64,000 nucleotides of DNA from Dehalococcoidia bacterium. Lineage in GTDB: Bacteria; Chloroflexota; Dehalococcoidia; Lucifugimonadales; JADFKI01. The notes under the pieces are model-generated. The model was given only the letters and a program-made list of their open reading frames with translations, was not told the DNA's origin and did no database searches. The DNA is taken from positions 2,195,696-2,259,695 of the forward strand of contig OZ243964.1 in assembly GCA_965214635.1 (NCBI GenBank). The letters run 5' to 3'. The position numbers and the translations under genes are program-made. This document shows positions 1-8,506 of the stretch, piece after piece (positions within the stretch are counted from its first letter, which is position 1; every line of letters begins with the position of its first letter).

Positions 1-74
1 GAACAAGACGGTGCTGCGGCTGCGCATAAACTTACCCAGCCAATCTACGGATAATGAAACGGAGGTAGTATCAG

Positions 75-1160
75 ATGGCAACCGAAGTCAAGGGCGTGAT
101 TGCTGGCGCAAAGGGTGAGCGCGTATCAGTGGAGACGGTGCGTGTGCCGGATCCGGGGCCGGGCGAAACGCTTGTCAGGGTGCAGGCGTGCGGCGTGTGC
201 CACACCGATCTGCACTACCGCGAGGGCGCTATCAACGACGATTTCCCGTTTCTGCTAGGGCACGAGGCGGCGGGCGTCGTGGAGAGCGTGGGCGAGGGCG
301 TAACGAATGTGGCGGCGGGCGACTTCGTGATAATCGCTTGGCGCGCGCCCTGTGGCGACTGCCGCTCGTGCCTTCGCGGTCGCCCGTGGTACTGCTTCGA
401 CAGCCGCAACGCAGCGCAGCCGATGACTAGTGAGGACGGCAGCGTTCTGTCCCCTGCGCTCGGTATCGGCGCATTCGCCGAGCTGACGCTCGTTGCCGCG
501 GGCCAAGCCGTCAAGGTGGATTCCAACGCATCGGCGGCGGCGGCCGGGCTTGTGGGTTGCGGCATAATGGCGGGGCTAGGCGCTGCGGTGAACACAGGCG
601 GGGTGTCGCGCGGCGACTCTGTGGCGGTGTTCGGCTGCGGCGGCGTGGGCGATGCTGCCATCACAGGCGCGCGCCTCGCCGGGGCGCACACCATCATCGG
701 CGTGGACATCGACGACCGCAAGCTAGAATGGGCGAAAGACTTCGGCGCAACGCACACCATCAACGCCACGCAGACCGACCCAGTAGAGGCGATACGCGCC
801 TTGACTGACGGCAATGGCGTGGATGTGGCGATTGAGGCGGTGGGCAGCCCCACAACCTACGAGCAGGCGTTCTTTGCGCGCGACCTCGCCGGCACCGTGG
901 TGCTAGTTGGTGTCCCCAACCCCCAGATGACCATCACGCTGCCGATGATAGAGGTGTTCGGCAGGGGCGGCTCGCTCAAGTCATCTTGGTACGGCGACTG
1001 CCTGCCCACACGGGACTTCCCCATGTTCATAGACCTGTACATGCAGGGGCGGCTAGACCTCGACAGCTTCGTGTCCGAGACCATCGCGATCGACGATGTG
1101 GAGGACGCCTTCCACAAGATGGAGGCGGGCGAAGTGCTTCGGTCAGTGGTGGTGTTCTAG
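75..1160 (+). CDS. Zn-dependent alcohol dehydrogenase (class III / S-(hydroxymethyl)mycothiol- or glutathione-dehydrogenase-like)
   Basis: 361-aa ORF. Catalytic Zn motif CGVCHTD...[15 protein letters not shown], structural Zn Cys cluster [15 protein letters not shown], Rossmann GCGGVG. GGAGG SD 9 nt upstream of the ATG. Confidence 0.85.
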   Translation: MATEVKGVIAGAKGERVSVETVRVPDPGPGETLVRVQACGVCHTDLHYREGAINDDFPFLLGHEAAGVVESVGEGVTNVAAGDFVIIAWRAPCGDCRSCLRGRPWYCFDSRNAAQPMTSEDGSVLSPALGIGAFAELTLVAAGQAVKVDSNASAAAAGLVGCGIMAGLGAAVNTGGVSRGDSVAVFGCGGVGDAAITGARLAGAHTIIGVDIDDRKLEWAKDFGATHTINATQTDPVEAIRALTDGNGVDVAIEAVGSPTTYEQAFFARDLAGTVVLVGVPNPQMTITLPMIEVFGRGGSLKSSWYGDCLPTRDFPMFIDLYMQGRLDLDSFVSETIAIDDVEDAFHKMEAGEVLRSVVVF

Positions 1161-2101
1161 GCGTACTCGGCTATATCGCCGAACAGGGCTTTCAAGCGCG
1201 CCGTGTCCGCTTCGGGCAGGTGCGGCTTCTCCAAGGCGGCGATGTTCGCCGTTAGGTGCGCTAGGCTGGATGTGCCGGTAATCACGCTCGACACCCCCGG
1301 GTGCGCTGCTGCAAACTTGTAGGCGGCGGCGATGACCGAGTCCGTATCGTCATGAACGAGCCAACCGAGCGGGTTGCGGTCGGGCAGGCTGTCGGGCGAG
1401 ATGTGTCCCGCTGCCTTCCAATCCGCAATCAGCTCCTCCAGCATACTGGGGTTGGGCAGTTTGATGCGAACCGACGCCATGTTCAGCACACCGATGTCGT
1501 GCCGCATCGCCAACGGCAGCGCTTGCTTGGCGGCAATTTGGTTCAAAATGCCGTACTTCAGCATCACCACATCCCACACGGCGGGGTCGGATTCCAGTGC
1601 GACGGGCAGTATATCTTGCGCCGGGTCTGCGATGTAGCGCGTGCTGAATCCGATGAAGCGGATCTTGCCCTGCTCGCGCAGCCGTTCGAGGGTGGGGACA
1701 AAGCGCGCAGCGACATCGATGTACTCCGCCGCCAAGATGCCGTGCAGCATCATCACATCCACGCAATCAGTGCGGAGTCGACGCAGGCTGCGCTCCACTG
1801 ATGCGGCGAGCGCATCGCCCGTCTGTTCCGCCGCATCGAGCCGATGATACGCCCACTTGGTTACGAGATGATACGAGTCGCGCGGGACGCCGCTCAGCGC
1901 CTCGCCGAGTATGTGCTCGCTGTCGCCGTAGCCCTCGTGCGTGTCGAACAAGTTCACGCCGAGGTCGAGGGCACGCCGCACAAGCGCCGTCTGTTCCCGC
2001 TGCGCCAGTCCCCTGTGCTGCCCGAACTGGCTAGGCCCGCCCGTCCCGAAGCTCGCCAGCGACACGCTGATGCCCGTCCTGCCCAATGTGCGATATTGCA
2101 T
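1157..2101 (-). CDS. aldo/keto reductase family oxidoreductase
   Basis: 314-aa ORF with typical AKR N-terminus [22 protein letters not shown] and DTHEGYG motif. Convergent with the ADH; the two stop codons share the palindrome CTAG. Confidence 0.85.
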   Translation of the reverse strand: MQYRTLGRTGISVSLASFGTGGPSQFGQHRGLAQREQTALVRRALDLGVNLFDTHEGYGDSEHILGEALSGVPRDSYHLVTKWAYHRLDAAEQTGDALAASVERSLRRLRTDCVDVMMLHGILAAEYIDVAARFVPTLERLREQGKIRFIGFSTRYIADPAQDILPVALESDPAVWDVVMLKYGILNQIAAKQALPLAMRHDIGVLNMASVRIKLPNPSMLEELIADWKAAGHISPDSLPDRNPLGWLVHDDTDSVIAAAYKFAAAHPGVSSVITGTSSLAHLTANIAALEKPHLPEADTARLKALFGDIAEYA

Positions 2102-2119
2102 GGAGGTTCTCTTAACTAC

Positions 2120-3940
2120 TTATCTAGACGCATTCATAAAGTATTCGGCGGGCTTCCAAATGTCCAGAATTATCTTCGCAAGGTAGGTTGTTCGGCTGTA
2201 AATCTCCTCTTCATCCCAGTCTTTATGATACACATTATCCACTAGATCCTTGTTTAGAAAGAGGCTGCTATGCTTGTGTAGCGTCTTTCGCTTCTCGTCC
2301 CAAGGTGAGTTGGAAAGGCTGGCGTTTAACTTATTGGTCGTCAGAGTTAAATTACCCAAGTATTTCACGGCATCGTTTCTTTCTTCTGTGACTTCTTGGG
2401 ATGTTTTTCCGGGAGGCAGGGGATAATGAGTTTCCCATCTTTGCGGCATGATATGCTCGAGAGTGAGCTTATCGGTTGTTCCAAGCGGTTCTGCCCGGTC
2501 GCCTCGCAAATCCAACTCTATAGCTTCCAACACCATTTTTCGCCGGGCAACAGTGCCTGCCATAGGTCGCTGCTCAAGTGCTTCCAATAACATGCGATCG
2601 TTAGGCCACACTGTGTTAACAGAAGTTAAAGAATCCAGGTAGTTTACGATGGTGACATCAGGACATTGATGTTTTTGCTCTTCGTGCAGATTTTTCAAAA
2701 GACTGCTAGTTATATCTCCAATAGTGCCAATTGAATTACGGTTGAGCATTCGTCTTATAATGTAGCTTTCAAGTATCTGGAAGCATCTATTGAGCCGCTC
2801 AATAGGCATATTCGTGGTTTTAAGGTGGAGAAGTACAGGCATAATGGCGGCTATATCCAACACTCGCATACGCTTGAAGAAAACTTCGTGATCAGGATCC
2901 TTAACCTCAACTTCCAGTATATTTTTATATATCTTGCCAGTACCCTTAATGTCGTCCGCCACTTTATTTATGCCAACGGGCATCGACGGATGAAAATTCT
3001 CATGCTCCAAAAATTTCCTAAACTCAGAAGCTGTTCTATTTGGTGGAACCGATTGTCTAGTTCTCATAATCATCCAATGATTCAGAAATCTATCCAACTG
3101 AATCCTGTCAGTTCTGGGTTCGCCCGTGGGGTCGCGCCACCATGAATCGTTGAACATTCCCCAAAGTCTATCCGCCGCGTGTGCGTCATCAACTACACCG
3201 GCTTCGTACATAACCGTGTTCTTAACGAGGTCGGATTGCTTCAGCGGCTCGCCGCGTGCGTTTAATGTCTCGAAGATGAGATGCGGCCTTTCGTCTTCGT
3301 CGAGATCGATTACGGCGATTAGAATATGCTTTGTCAGTGCATCTTCTAATGCCTCTGCTTTCATAATTCGGGCGTGTGATCCATCTTCAAGCCAAATTTT
3401 TACTTCATTATCGAAGTACTTGAATGCCTTTGTGATAGGCATATTTCCACCATATTCATTAATGGAAGTATCCCTTATTGCCTCCCGAAACGCATCCCGG
3501 TCATTTAGGTTGGACTGTCGAACCTTAGTTTGGTTATCATTGCGATCATTTTCATTTCCTAGATGGCTGTCTTGATTCTCAGTCAAAGAGCGTAATCTAT
3601 CTGCCCTGTCAGTGTCGTCGGCGTGTTGAAAAGCTCGCTGTACGGCTTTCATAAGTAGCTGTAAGGTAGTAAGTCGTTGCTGCCCATCAACTACTAGCCG
3701 CTTGGTAACTTCTCCCGTCTTGCTCTCACGATGCTGAAGTACAATTGCACCCAAGAAGTGAGGTTTGACCCTACCTGTTCCATTGAGGTTCAGGTGACGC
3801 TCAGCCACATTACGGACATCTGCCCACAAAGGCATCCACTGATCGTTCTGTGCCCACGCATATGGGCGCTGAAACTGTGGAATTTGGAAGGACACTTGGT
3901 CGCCGAATAGTGTTTGTATGTTAACGATATTTGCTTCCAT
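2120..3940 (-). CDS. DUF262 + DUF1524 fusion protein (GmrSD/SspE/BrxU-like His-Me finger nuclease; candidate type IV modification-dependent restriction enzyme)
   Basis: N-terminal DUF262 motifs FQIPQFQRPYAW and DGQQRLTTL. C-terminal DUF1524-type LEHIMPQ...GNLTLTTNKLNASLSN. Gene is visibly AT-richer than its flanks. The ORF opens at a TTG at 3967; the ATG at 3940 is preferred (AAGAGGA upstream). Confidence 0.8.
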   Translation of the reverse strand: MEANIVNIQTLFGDQVSFQIPQFQRPYAWAQNDQWMPLWADVRNVAERHLNLNGTGRVKPHFLGAIVLQHRESKTGEVTKRLVVDGQQRLTTLQLLMKAVQRAFQHADDTDRADRLRSLTENQDSHLGNENDRNDNQTKVRQSNLNDRDAFREAIRDTSINEYGGNMPITKAFKYFDNEVKIWLEDGSHARIMKAEALEDALTKHILIAVIDLDEDERPHLIFETLNARGEPLKQSDLVKNTVMYEAGVVDDAHAADRLWGMFNDSWWRDPTGEPRTDRIQLDRFLNHWMIMRTRQSVPPNRTASEFRKFLEHENFHPSMPVGINKVADDIKGTGKIYKNILEVEVKDPDHEVFFKRMRVLDIAAIMPVLLHLKTTNMPIERLNRCFQILESYIIRRMLNRNSIGTIGDITSSLLKNLHEEQKHQCPDVTIVNYLDSLTSVNTVWPNDRMLLEALEQRPMAGTVARRKMVLEAIELDLRGDRAEPLGTTDKLTLEHIMPQRWETHYPLPPGKTSQEVTEERNDAVKYLGNLTLTTNKLNASLSNSPWDEKRKTLHKHSSLFLNKDLVDNVYHKDWDEEEIYSRTTYLAKIILDIWKPAEYFMNASR

Positions 3941-4082
3941 TCGGGCACACATCCTCTTAAATGGCAATAGTTTAAGACTTCGAGGCTGATGTTAATGAGC
4001 GGTATTGTACTTTGTCAAATCTACCACTCTGTTCCACTATAGTCGTTGAGCAATCAACAATTGAAACTGACCCGAAGCACTT

Positions 4083-5366
4083 TCACGCGTCCAGCTCCCG
4101 CACCTGTTTGGCGAAGAACCAGAACACCACGCCTAGCGCTGCGCCCAAGACGCCCATTGCGGCGAGCGCTATGGACACCGATGTGAGTCTGGCGAACCAG
4201 CCGATGGCGAAGCTGGACACGATGACGCCGCCCATGCTGTAACGCTGCAGGCTGGTTACGCGGCTCCGCATATCGTCAGTGACTAGGAGCTGCATCAGCG
4301 TGCCGTTGGTCGTCCTGAACGCGGACTGGCTGGATGCGAACAGCATTATCAGCAGGAACGCCACCGGCAGGATGAAGGCGTGAGAGAACAGCAGGATTAT
4401 GACCGAACTTGCGATGGCGCATACCAACACAATCGTCCCCTTGCGGAATACGAAGCCGAACGATGCGATGAACAGCGCCATCATCAGCCCGCCGAAGCCG
4501 TTTATGGCGAGGAAGTATCCCCCCACATCTGCGCCTCGCCTGAGTATCTCGTCGGTGAACACGGGCAGCAGGAACATCGTGGGCTGTAGTATCGTGTTCG
4601 GGATGAAGCCCAGCAGCGTCAGATATAGCAGCTCCCGCTTGTCCCGCCAGACATATGTGAAGCCTGCGAGCAGATCAGACAGAAACGACTCGTTTGCCGC
4701 TACTCTGCGCCGCCGCAGGTAGGGCGTCTTCATCGGCAAGAAGACGACTATGGTGCCGAGATATAGCAGCGCCTCCAGCGAAAAGTTCCAAAAGAAGCCC
4801 AGCGTGGTTATCAGGATGCCGCCGATGAACGGCCCTATCATCCGCGTGCCGGGGATGGTCAGCACATTGGTGGCGAAGGCGTTTGCCATAGATTCGCGCG
4901 GCACGGTGTTCGCCACCAGCGCCATGCGGCTGTTCTGGCTGATGGACACGCATATGCCGCTGATGAACACATAGATGTACGCATGCCACACGGTAACGAG
5001 CTGGTTTCCCGCCATTATGGCGAACAGGAATGCGAACACCGTCATGAAGCACTGTATGCCGATGACCAGCTTGCGGCGGTCGAGCCTGTCGCCAAGCGTC
5101 CCAGCGATGGGCGCCATTATCAGCCCCGGCAGCAGGCTCATTCCGCCCACCGTTACCACGAAGAGCGTGGATGTGGACGACCCTGCTGTCAGACCGCGCA
5201 CCAGCCAGCCCACGGTGAGAAGCTGCAGCCATTGTGCGCTGTTGGAGCAGAAGTTGCCAATCCACAGCAGGCGGTAGTCCGGATATGCGAACGAATCGAA
5301 GGTTTGCAGGCGTGGTATGCGGATGCGTCGGGAGCTTGGATGCGTCGCGGTGTTTCTGGCTCTCAT
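4083..5366 (-). CDS. MFS transporter (paralog 1 of tandem pair)
   Basis: About 12 predicted hydrophobic helices. High similarity to the adjacent ORF 5368..6681. The ATG at 5366 lies 1 nt after the upstream paralog's TAG (TAGCATG); the track ORF extends to 5420. Confidence 0.8.
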   Translation of the reverse strand: MRARNTATHPSSRRIRIPRLQTFDSFAYPDYRLLWIGNFCSNSAQWLQLLTVGWLVRGLTAGSSTSTLFVVTVGGMSLLPGLIMAPIAGTLGDRLDRRKLVIGIQCFMTVFAFLFAIMAGNQLVTVWHAYIYVFISGICVSISQNSRMALVANTVPRESMANAFATNVLTIPGTRMIGPFIGGILITTLGFFWNFSLEALLYLGTIVVFLPMKTPYLRRRRVAANESFLSDLLAGFTYVWRDKRELLYLTLLGFIPNTILQPTMFLLPVFTDEILRRGADVGGYFLAINGFGGLMMALFIASFGFVFRKGTIVLVCAIASSVIILLFSHAFILPVAFLLIMLFASSQSAFRTTNGTLMQLLVTDDMRSRVTSLQRYSMGGVIVSSFAIGWFARLTSVSIALAAMGVLGAALGVVFWFFAKQVRELDA

Positions 5367-5367
5367 G

Positions 5368-6681
5368 CTAGGCGTCCAGCTCGCGGATTTGTCTGCCGAA
5401 CGCATAGAACGCGACGCCAAGTGTGCCGCCCAGGATGCCTATCGCCGCAAGTGCGATGGACACCGATGTTACGCCGGCGAACCACCCGACCACTAGGCTA
5501 AATATCACCACGCCGCCCATGCTGTAACGCTGCAGGCTCATCACGCGGCTGCGCATTTCGTCGGGCGCTATCAGCGTCAGCAGCGTTACCGTCGCCGTGC
5601 GGAACGCCGTTTGGCTCGGGGCGAACAGCATTATCAGCACGAACGCCAGCGGCAGAATGAACGCATGGGAGAACATCAAGATGACCGCAGAGCTGACGAT
5701 GGCGCACACCAGCACAATCATCCCCTTGCGGAATATGAAGCCGAACGATGCGATGAACAGCGCCATCATCAGCCCGCCGAAGCCGTTTATGGCGACTAAA
5801 TAGCCGCCCACATCAGCGCCCTGTTTCAGCACCTCGCTCGTGAACACAGGCAGCAGGAACATCGCCGGCTCCAGTATCGTGTTGGGGATGAAGCCCAGCA
5901 GCGTGATGTACAGCAGCACGCGCTTGTCGCGCCACACATAGGTGAACCCGGCTATCAGGTCTGCCATGAACGACGAATCCGCGCTCGTCCTGCGCTGCTG
6001 CGTGTAAGGCGTCTTCATCGGCAGATACGCCGCCACAGTGCCGAGATATAGCAGCGCCTCAAACGAAAAGTTCCAAAAGAAGCCCAGCGTGGTTATCAGG
6101 ATGCCGCCGATGAACGGCCCTATCATCCGCGTGCCGGGGATGGTTAGCACATTGGTGGCGAAGGCGTTGCTCATCGCCTCGCGCGGCACGGTGTTGGCGA
6201 TGAGCGCCATGCGGTTGGTCTGCGTGATGGACAGGCAGATGCCGCTGATGAACACATACAAGTATGCGTGGAACACCGACACGAGCTGCAGCCCGACCAT
6301 TATGGCGAACAGGAAGGCGAACACCGCCATGAAGCTCTGTATGCCGATGACCAGCTTGCGCCTGTCGAGTCTGTCGCCGAGCGTCCCCGCCACCGGCGCC
6401 ATCACCAGCCCGGGCAGCATCGACATCCCGCCCACGGTTACCACGAAGAAGGTGGAGTATGGCGAGTTCTCCGTCAGGCTTCGCACGAGCCACCCCGCCG
6501 TGAGCATCTGCAGCCACTGTGCGTTGTTGGAGCAGAAGTTGCCCACCCACAGCAGGCGAAAGTCGGAGTATGCGCCAAGCGAGTCGAAGGTTTGCAGGCG
6601 CGGTATGCGGATTTTTCTTGAAAGAATGGGCTGGCGTGGTTCTCCCGCGCCAGCCGTCCTCGCCGTGCTCATACGGCCCAC
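5368..6681 (-). CDS. MFS transporter (paralog 2 of tandem pair)
   Basis: 437-aa polytopic membrane ORF. Long stretches are near-identical to 4083..5366, e.g. RIPRLQTFDS, FATNVLTIPGTRMIGPFIGGILITTLGFFWNFS. Confidence 0.8.
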   Translation of the reverse strand: MGRMSTARTAGAGEPRQPILSRKIRIPRLQTFDSLGAYSDFRLLWVGNFCSNNAQWLQMLTAGWLVRSLTENSPYSTFFVVTVGGMSMLPGLVMAPVAGTLGDRLDRRKLVIGIQSFMAVFAFLFAIMVGLQLVSVFHAYLYVFISGICLSITQTNRMALIANTVPREAMSNAFATNVLTIPGTRMIGPFIGGILITTLGFFWNFSFEALLYLGTVAAYLPMKTPYTQQRRTSADSSFMADLIAGFTYVWRDKRVLLYITLLGFIPNTILEPAMFLLPVFTSEVLKQGADVGGYLVAINGFGGLMMALFIASFGFIFRKGMIVLVCAIVSSAVILMFSHAFILPLAFVLIMLFAPSQTAFRTATVTLLTLIAPDEMRSRVMSLQRYSMGGVVIFSLVVGWFAGVTSVSIALAAIGILGGTLGVAFYAFGRQIRELDA

Positions 6682-7775
6682 TGCGCCACGGCTACGGGGT
6701 CAAGATCCAAGCCAAGCCCGGGCTTGTCCGGGAACGGCGCCCACATCCCGTTGCGCTGCTGCGGGAACTCTGTGTACCAGATGCGGTCGCCCTCCAAGCC
6801 TGTGTTCATGTACTCCACAACCTTGAGGTTCGGCGTGGCACAGGCGAGATGCAGATGCACAAGCTGGACGGCGTGCGGGGCGACGGGCAGGTTGAATGCG
6901 TGGGCGATGTGTGCCACTTTGAGCCATTCGGTTACGCCGCCGACCCTGCCCACATCGGGCTGTACGATGTCCGCTCCACCTGCGGCGATAAGCTCGCGGA
7001 AACCGTGCTTGGTGTACTCGTGCTCGCCGGTGGCAACGGGTATGTTGATGGCGCGGCTGACCTCCGCAAGCCCGTTCACATCGTCCGGGATGAGCGGTTC
7101 TTCAAACCAGCCGACCTGATACTGCTCGAACTCGCGCGCCATGTATATCGCCTGCTTGGGGTAGTAGCCGTTGTTGGCGTCGATGTATATGGCGACATTA
7201 TCGCCGAGTTCGCGGCGGACGGCGGCTAGGCGTCGGATGTCCTCGCGCTCTGCCTGCCCAAAGTCTTTGCCCACCTTCATCTTCACGCGCGGGATGCCCT
7301 GTTCCACATAGCCCACCATCTCTCGCACAAGCTCGGCTTCGGTGAAGTTCGTCCAGCCGCCGCTGCCATATATGGGGACGGCTTCGCGATACGGCCCGAG
7401 CAGGCGATACAGCGGCAAGCCGAGCGCTTTAGCCTTCAAGTCCCACAGCCCGATGTCCACGGCGGACAGCGCGCAGAAGGCGATGCCCTTGCGCCCGTAG
7501 CCGCGCACATGCCAAAACATCTCGTTCCAAAGTTGCTCGATGTTGAACGGATCTTTGCCGATGAGCAGCGGGCGAAACCCATCCTCGATGACCTGCCGCA
7601 CGCCGGGCGACGCCTGCCCGATGCCAAGCCCTTGCACGCCCTCATCGGTGTGGATGTGCACGAAGATCTGGCCCCTGCCGCCCGCACCGGGCGGCGGTGT
7701 AGGTATGGTGGCGTCCTGTATCGGCGCAGTGTGCGGGTAGAAGAGCTGCGTTATCGTGATGTCGGTAATCTTCAT
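6669..7775 (-). CDS. enolase-superfamily enzyme (mandelate racemase/muconate lactonizing enzyme family, sugar-acid dehydratase-like)
   Basis: 368-aa ORF with MR/MLE-type N-terminal capping domain and barrel metal-ligand region (IYIDANNGY...FEEP...TGEHEY). GGGGGAG SD upstream. Overlaps the start of the downstream MFS gene by 13 nt. Confidence 0.85.
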   Translation of the reverse strand: MKITDITITQLFYPHTAPIQDATIPTPPPGAGGRGQIFVHIHTDEGVQGLGIGQASPGVRQVIEDGFRPLLIGKDPFNIEQLWNEMFWHVRGYGRKGIAFCALSAVDIGLWDLKAKALGLPLYRLLGPYREAVPIYGSGGWTNFTEAELVREMVGYVEQGIPRVKMKVGKDFGQAEREDIRRLAAVRRELGDNVAIYIDANNGYYPKQAIYMAREFEQYQVGWFEEPLIPDDVNGLAEVSRAINIPVATGEHEYTKHGFRELIAAGGADIVQPDVGRVGGVTEWLKVAHIAHAFNLPVAPHAVQLVHLHLACATPNLKVVEYMNTGLEGDRIWYTEFPQQRNGMWAPFPDKPGLGLDLDPVAVAQWAV

Positions 7776-7983
7776 TCAGAGCGAACTCCCCCTAACTTGT
7801 GGCGTTCCCTTCGCCCGCATCCGGACGCACCAGCCGCAAGGTGAAGTATATCATCTACAAGTTGCTGCTGACTTTATAAAGCAAGACACTCCACCCGGAG
7901 GACGAAGCGTCTGCAAAAGAAAGATCTTATGGAAGCGCTGCAAGTGCGTCGCCGGGATTAACTGGGCGAACTGACAGGCTGCT

Positions 7984-8071
7984 TGGTGCCGAAGGTCGGA
8001 GTCGAACCGACACGGGATCGCTCCCAACGGTTTTTGAGACCGTCGCGTCTACCATTCCGCCACTTCGGCAC
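7984..8071 (-). tRNA. tRNA-Leu (anticodon CAA)
   Basis: Hand-folded 88-nt class II tRNA: GTGCCGAAGTGGCGGAATGGTAGACGC..., anticodon loop CTCAAAA, long variable arm, T-loop GGTTCGACTCC, encoded CCA. Confidence 0.9.
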
Positions 8072-8173
8072 GGCACATATCAATTATGATGCACAACTGC
8101 GGGTGGGGTCAAATGCACTGGCATCTGCGGGTTGTACCGCCCATATTTTGCAACTTTCGCACAAGCCCCTATG

Positions 8174-8374
8174 CTACATCTGCACCTTCTTTTCGCCCGA
8201 AAGGTAGGCTTGTGGCTCTTTCTGGAAGGCGCGGTTGCAGCCGGGGGCGCAGAAGTAGTAGGTCGTGTTGTTGTAGTCGTATGAGCCACCGTTGGGCTTT
8301 TTCATGTCCACTTCCATGTCGCACACCGGGTCTATGGCGGTGTCAGCACCCCTATTGAACAGCCGAATTCGCAT
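8174..8374 (-). CDS. YHS-domain (TRASH-like metal-binding) small protein
   Basis: Motif DPVCDMEVD...YYFCAPGCNRAFQKEP. ATG at 8374 is preceded by AAAGGA. Lies immediately downstream of copA on the same strand. Confidence 0.7.
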   Translation of the reverse strand: MRIRLFNRGADTAIDPVCDMEVDMKKPNGGSYDYNNTTYYFCAPGCNRAFQKEPQAYLSGEKKVQM

Positions 8375-8506
8375 GCTTGTCCATCCTTTCACAGCGGAGT
8401 GGTGTCGTGCGCCAATTGACGGTGGCGTAACGAATCCACATTTTAGCATACCCAACGAGCAGGCGGTGTTTCTGCCCTTGTCTTAATGAAATTCGTGAAA
8501 CTTCTC

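Noticed and set aside
215-853. Long antisense or off-frame ORFs throughout the track (e.g. 215..853-, 9312..10313+, 10044..10967-, 12320..13237-, 19106..20020+, 26120..27268-, 36418..37404+, 55029..56141+, 61953..63239-, 63304..63879-).
   Set aside because: They overlap genes with clear family motifs on the other strand or frame. Their Arg/Ala/Gly/His-rich, low-complexity composition is typical of shadow ORFs in high-GC DNA, and they lack SD sequences.
1157-1160. The convergent ADH and AKR genes share overlapping stop codons within the palindrome CTAG.
   Set aside because: A neat packing detail with no obvious functional implication.
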